A stretch of 64,000 nt of DNA from an uncultured Planctomycetota bacterium. Lineage in GTDB: Bacteria; Planctomycetota; Planctomycetia; Isosphaerales; Isosphaeraceae. Below the pieces are notes generated by a model, which worked only from the letters and a program-made list of their open reading frames with translations, searched no databases and had not been told where the DNA came from. The stretch covers positions 64,001 to 128,000 of the forward strand of contig CAWGMQ010000010.1 in NCBI GenBank assembly GCA_963823665.1, read 5' to 3'. Within the stretch, counting starts at the first letter, position 1. Each line of letters begins with the position of its first letter. A program made the translations under genes and the position numbers. Positions 58,601 through 64,000 of this stretch are shown in pieces.

Positions 58601-61365
58601 GAGTGCCCGCGGGAGGGGCCGCTCCGAGGATCGCGAACGTGAAATTCGGCTGAACGTAGACCGAGGCACCTTGCTCCTTGCCGGTGTCGCCGCCGTTGCC
58701 TGCGTTGCCGCCGTTGCCGCCGTTGCCTGCGTTGCCGCCGACCGCGTTAGCCAACCCATCGACGCCTGGGCCACCGTTGCCGCCCATGCCGCCGAGCGCG
58801 CCGTTGCCTCCGTCGCCGCCGTCTCCGGCCTGGACCGTATTGGCGGAGGGGAAACTGCCGCCATACAGATTGACAGTCCCGGCGATCTGGCAAATGGCAC
58901 CACCGTAGGCTTTCCCGCCGTTGCCGCCGGTACCACCCGACGCCTTTCCGTTGCCGCCGGTGGCGTTGCCGCCGTCGCCGCCCTGGCCACCGGTCCTGCC
59001 CTTGCCGCCGATTCCGCCTGGCTGCGCGGAGAGAAATGGGATGCCGCCCGTGCCGCCTTTGCCACCTTGTGCGATGTTGGCAGCGATTGTCGAGGTGACG
59101 AGCGTCAAAGTGCCTGCGACCACGTCGCACCCGCCACCCTGTCCGTCGCCGCCGTTGCCGCCATTACCGCCATATCCGCCGTTGCCGCCGGGACCGCCCT
59201 TGCCGCCATGCCCTGTGGTGGCATGCTGGATCGACGTTCCGCCGGGACCGCCGTTGCCGGCCTGGCCGCCCTGTGCGCCGATTGCCCCGGAGCCGCCGTT
59301 GCCGCCTTGTGCGATGTTGGCGTTGATGGTTACGGCGTCGAGCGTCAGCGTTCCGCCTGCGACGTAGACACCACCGCCGCCGCCGATGCCGCCAGCGCCG
59401 CCGGTACTCCCCGCGGCAGCGCGGCCTCCGCCGCCACCGCCGCCGCCGCCGCCGCCGGGAAGTGCTGCGATCCTGACAAGAGAGCTAGCGCCGCCGCCAG
59501 GGGAGTGCCCAGAGGTGTTGCCCGTTTTGCTGCCGGTGCCGGAATCGCCACCAGTGGCGCCGGGATTACCACCTTCCTCGTCGCCGCCGGCGCCGCCGGC
59601 GCCGCCGCTTCCCGCAGGGATGCGCTGTGTACCCGAGCCTGAGCCCGAGCCTGAGCCCGAGCCTGAGCCCGATCCTGAGCTGCCACCTGAAAAGCCGCTA
59701 CCGCTCAGGTCGGGCTGCTCGTCAACGACGACGCTGCCTTTGGCGATACTGGGCGATTCGCCCCCTCGGCCGCCCATGCCACCAGCGCCGGGTATGCCGT
59801 CAGAGGCGCCGACGACTCCGTTGCCGGCCGCAGCCCGATTGTTATGGATGGTCCCGCCGTATATCGCAACACGCGCCGCGAGACTCACCGCAACCGCACC
59901 GCCGTAGGCATTTCCGCCGGCTCCGCCCGTTCCGCCGAAGCCGGCGTTACCGCCGGCGGCGCCGGGCTGGCCGGCGTGACCAACGGCCCCCGTGTTGCCG
60001 TTTGCGCCGCGGCCGCCGGCACCGCCTGCGCCGGCCGTCCCACCGGCGCTCCCGAGCGCCAGATTGAGCGTAAAATTCGAGGAAACCAACTGGATCGTGC
60101 CCGCGAGGAGATAACAACCACCCCCCTGGGCCGAGCCACCCGCGCCCCCTGGGCCGCCTCGGCCTCCGTCGCCGCCTTTGGCCGGAGCGCCTTTCGCGCT
60201 GGGCGCAGGCGCATCGGCGCCGTTGCCGCCGGAGCCGCCCCTGCCCGCCGTGCCGCCGGTTGCCCTGTTTGAACTAAACGGTGAAGAAATCGCTGTTAGA
60301 TGGCGCCCGACTCAAGTCGTACAGCCCGGCGCCCAGCGCACTGCCGCCGGCGCCCCCTGTGCCTCCGCTACCACCAGGCCCGGGGGGCGATGCTCCGTTG
60401 ATGGCGCCATCTCCGCCGCGTCCGCCGTTATTGCCCAGTCCTCCCTTTACGGTGTTGCCCCGAATAGTCGTTTGGTCCAGCAAGACGGTTCCTGAAGCCA
60501 CGAAGATGCCGCCGCCCTCGCCTGGTCCGCCTGGCCCTCCGTTACCGCCGTTTCCGCCAGCCCCATTGGGCAAGCCGGCACCTGGGATGCCGTCACCGCC
60601 TTGTTGCCCCATTCCGCCCACCGCGTGGTTGCCGCTGACGACGGAACTAATGAGCGTCAGGCTGCCGCCGACGCTAAAAATTCCGCCGCCCTCGGCACCT
60701 CGACCGGCGATGCCGTTGGCACCCGCGGCCGCGTTTCCAACAAGGGTCGATCCCACGTGTGCGCTATTGCCTGTGACATTGGCATGGCTGAGGGTGACTG
60801 AACCGCCATTGTTCAGAATGCCCGCACCCACCGCGTCGGGGGTAGTCTGGCCACCGTTGTCGGTGGTGTTGCCCCGCGTGACGGTGAGATTGCGCAGAAC
60901 CAAGGTCATGGAATTCACGTTGTTGCCATTGACGTTCACCATGCCGCCGTTGACAACGAAGATGCGATTAGCCCCTCCGCCGGTGATTTGCACGGCCCCG
61001 GGGTTAAGCGGCAGTGCGCCCATGATCGTGAGCTGCTTGGCTGGAACGTCGGCATTGGCGGCCTGAACCTGGACGTCATCACTGTTAAGGGGGTATGAAC
61101 CGGGTGCGGTGATGACGATTGTATCCTTCGTATTGCCGTCGCCGTCGGCCTGTGTGATGGCAGCGGCGAGCGTTCCGATCTGTCCGGGAACCATGTACGT
61201 CGCCGGCGCCGTGCGGTCTTCAAGACCCTGGACGTCAGGCCGCAGCCCGATGTCGGGCCGCGAACGCCGCCGCTGCGAACGCCGAGGCCGCGCACGCAGC
61301 AAGGGAAACAATTCGTCCAGAAAACTCTCCCAGACACGCCGGCTGGAGTGCGCTGTGAACGCCAT
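55608..61365 (-). CDS. Giant secreted Gly-rich beta-helix protein with S53 (sedolisin-like) peptidase, IPT/TIG and putative-Ig repeats (frameshifts near 60285 and 60100)
   Basis: GLEDRTAPA leader; GGNGG..GGGIF/GGAI repeats; YSPAQIRSAYG...GQTIAIVDAF, EEALDVEWAHAMAPGA, ASSGDDG, GPDV and GGDSLGAP; PVVLEVSPPTGPTAGGTEVTITG; LPSWL.LSS.G.LSGTP repeats. Confidence 0.85.
59632..59680 (-). repeat. 12-bp microsatellite encoding a (GS)n linker
   Basis: cccgagcctgag x3 plus one variant copy; in frame, encodes GSGSGSGSGSGSG. Confidence 0.8.
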
Positions 61366-61769
61366 AAGATGCCTCGCAGAAGGGTGTTATAACTTCGTTG
61401 TTGGTGAGGCTGCGCAGCCGGGTCGACCCGCCCGGTCTGGTGCATCTGGATCTTTATCGCGAAAGAAACCGAGACCGGACAAAATCTTTCGGAAACAGAT
61501 CGTCCTGTCGATCTGGCGAGCGACTCCGCTCTGGTGCGCCAGCGCCCGGTCTATGGCTCGATTGAAATTACGGCGGCGCCTTCATGGCGTCAACTGCGCA
61601 TCTTCACAAAGCTTCCGTCACGTTGACTTTCGGGAACGTCGCACCACGCGGTCGATGATGCACCGCGGCAGCGCTCGTCACTCGGCCAGTGCGGCGATGG
61701 CAGCTCACCCCCCGGGCCGCTGCTTCAGCAATTTTGGGGAACGCCGTTTTCGGTTCCTGGCACCTTTTC

Positions 61770-63441
61770 CGGTCGCACCATGGGCATTCTTCGATCGGGA
61801 TGGGAGACGCAGCGCGGCTGCCGTTCTTGAAGTCGATGGTCTTGCGCGGGCGGACTCGGAATCGTTGTCGCCCTTGTGTCCCATGCGGTTTGGGGTTGCG
61901 GCGCGGCCGACCCAGAGCCCGATCTCGAACGGCCAATCGCCGAGCTTCTCGACGTCTTGCTGGCGCTCGAGCTCCAGGGCACAGATGAGGGTTGAGGCCC
62001 GCCCGAGCTGGTCGAAGGTGAGGAGGCGGAGGGTGTAGCGCATCAGCACGCCGAGACCGGCGGAGGCGACGCCAGGGTTGCGCAGGCGACGGAGGGTGAG
62101 TGTGAAGGCAGCCAGGCCGAGGTATGCCTCGGTCTTGCCGCCGCCGGTGGGGAAGAAGAGCAAATCCACGACCTCGCGGTAATCGCTCGTGGGCTCGGCG
62201 ATTCCCTTGAGGTTCATGTGGAGGAATGCGAGCTGGAACGGCCGCCATCGCGGCTCGATCGATTCGGGGCGATTGTTCTGCATTACCCCCATGCACACTC
62301 TTGCGGCGGTGGCCATCGCTCGGTTAGTGATGCGGAAGGCTTCCAGACAATGCGGGTCGTTCAGCAGCGCGATCCCCTCTTGCATGCGGCGGGCGGCGAC
62401 CTGGGCGCGCTGGAGGAGCTCCTGGCCGGTCTCCTTGCGGCGAAGTGGGTACTGAGGCATTTTCGCCCGCTGATGTTCGATCCACGAGCGGTAGTGGATC
62501 ACGAGGTTGCCGAGTTTCGTTTGAGCGTCGGCGCCGTCGGCGACCTGAGACAGGGCGTCCATCGCGAGCTCGATGTCCGGCAACTCCGCCGGCGCCACTC
62601 GTTCCACCTCTGCTTCGGGGATCCAGCAGGTTCTGACCTCGTGACAATGCGCGTCGGTGAGCACGACCTGGGTGGCGACGCTGTGGCCGACGGCGAATTC
62701 GCAGGCGTCGCGGTATTGGAGGTCGGCGACGCGCTCGTCCCAGTCATCACTTCCGAGGCTGCGGAGGTTGGGGCGCGGCACGAACGGCTCTTCGCAGCTC
62801 ACCTCCAGTTGGGCCTGGAAGGCGAAAGCTTCGTCGCGGGACTCGTCGGGCGCGGGGTCGCGGCGGTTGACGAGGAACACGGAGACTGAGCGCGTTCCCG
62901 TGGGTAGCGCACCCTCGGCGCCGTCGCTGGCGACGGGCCGGACTGACAGGGCGACTTTGAGCCCGTTGCTGCTGTTGACCTCGGTCTCGCGCGGTTTCGC
63001 CGTTGATTTGGGGACTCGCAACTCGACTTGTTCGGTCCGTTGTGTGCGTTTCCATTCCGCGCCGGTGCCGAGGCCATCGGGGGGCTTCCGGAGCTTGTAG
63101 TCGCCCCAGCGGACACGGACATTCAGGCGCGCCGTGGCTTCGGGCACGAGCACGCTGAGGCCGATTGATGAGGGCAAGAATCGTTTGCGCGCTGAGGCGG
63201 GCTAGGTTGCGGTGGCGTCGTCAGTGCCCCCGGCGTCATTTGCCGAGTCGACTTCGTCGTTGCTGTCTTCGTCGACCCGCTGTTCGTCGCCGGCGTCGAG
63301 AGGGACGAGGAAGCCGGTGAGGTAGCAGCGGGCGGGGGCTTGGGTGAGGACTTCAGTAGGAGAGCCGAGGTCTTCGGCGGGGCCGACCAGGTCCAGACGC
63401 AGGGCTTTGACGAGCTCAGTTCGAACATCGACCGACGTCAT
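61770..63441 (-). pseudogene. drmA: DISARM helicase DrmA, 5' half only, with in-frame TAG and frameshift
   Basis: LVKALRLDLVGP...YLTGFLVP...*PASARKRFLPSSIGLS...VRWGDY...SVFLVNRR...WRPFQLAF...VDLLFFPTGGGKTEAYLGL...VLMRYTLRLLTFDQLGR...IGLWVG..ATPN; then shifted PIPIEECPWC, after which similarity ends. TAG at 63202-63204. Confidence 0.85.
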
Positions 63442-63633
63442 GCCGCGTGTTCCCCGATCGTTCAACTGCGATCGATCTGTTGACGGCGTCGTTGTTGATC
63501 CCAGCCGTCCGCTATTGTCCAATAGCTAGAAGAGTTCGTCGAGTGCCGGCTCGGTTCTCGCCGGCGCGTTTTATGTCTCAGTCGATGAACCGTCGCGAGC
63601 GAACACCCGTCTAAACGTCAGGGTCGCCCACGA

Positions 63634-64000
63634 ATGAACTCAGATGATTGGGAGGTTTTATTCGAAGTCGCGGGCCAAAGTAAGCCGAATGTGACAAGGG
63701 CGAACACGTATATCCGGTCATGGGATTCGGCGTGCCGTGCCGTCCAGGTGGGTTGTGACGATGGAAATGATTACGTCGTCAAGGGATCTCAAGTGGGCAG
63801 ATCCGCCTTCAATGATCAGGTTGTTGGGCGGCTCGCGTGGGCGCTCGTGCGCCGGTCGCTGAGGTAACGTTGGTGCAGGTCGATGAGGAGCTCGTGGCCA
63901 GCAACCCGGATATGGCTCACGTATCTGCTGGGCTCGCACACGGTAGCCTCTTCGTTCCCGACTGCAGCGAGTGTGCGTGGTTTCAGTTTGTGGATCTTAA
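63634..64000 (+). CDS. HipA-like kinase, N-terminal part (frameshift near 63848; runs off the window)
   Basis: AVQVGCDDGNDYVVKG...FNDQVVGRLA.AL, then PVAEVTLVQVDEELV...GLAHGSLFVPD; typical N-lobe of stand-alone HipA-like kinases. Confidence 0.65.

Noticed and set aside
59632..59680. Phase-variable contingency repeat
   Set aside because: The 12-bp unit preserves frame and only changes linker length.
55203..60089. True fusion of the giant S53 protein to an FlK-like thioesterase
   Set aside because: The thioesterase has its own AAGGAG RBS and ATG (55604), and an out-of-frame TGA lies just upstream. One indel, common in this window, explains the read-through, and a cytoplasmic CoA enzyme on a secreted protein is implausible.
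58400..60800. Mycobacterial PE-PGRS gene or horizontal transfer from Actinobacteria
   Set aside because: There is no PE domain. The Gly-rich tracts sit in a protein with a planctomycete LExR leader, so the similarity is compositional.
4950..63204. Stop-codon recoding (TAG at 4950 and 63202, TGA at 18396)
   Set aside because: TAG and TGA terminate many intact genes here, the three sites imply different residues, and drmA is truncated anyway.

Overview
GC-rich bacterial chromosomal window, almost certainly from a planctomycete (Isosphaeraceae/Singulisphaera-like). The evidence is a DUF1501 + DUF1549/DUF1553 cytochrome pair, planctomycete-type ECF sigma factors, LExRxLL-leader giant secreted proteins and many TPR proteins. 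No rRNA, tRNA, CRISPR or intact mobile element was recognised. More than a dozen genes are split by small indels, probably long-read assembly errors, so several ORF-track fragments are joined here. Layout: 1-27 kb holds TPR, ECF/anti-sigma, glycosyltransferase, YgiQ, RsmB-like and DUF1501/1553 genes. 27.6-35.5 kb is a cassette of a GNAT, a DUF6916-like protein, three tail-collar proteins, TIGR03032, a dockerin-tipped adhesin and a cohesin-like PEP-CTERM protein. 36-42 kb encodes a subtilase, a small protein with four 16-aa tandem repeats, and multi-domain glycosyltransferase/methyltransferase genes; this is the best candidate for an undescribed system (a glycosylated multi-core peptide, RiPP-like). 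42-61 kb holds a kinase-STAND-FGE protein and three large secreted proteins, one with an S53 protease domain. The right end carries a decayed DISARM drmA and a HipA-like kinase. All domain calls are by-eye motif recognition, not database searches.
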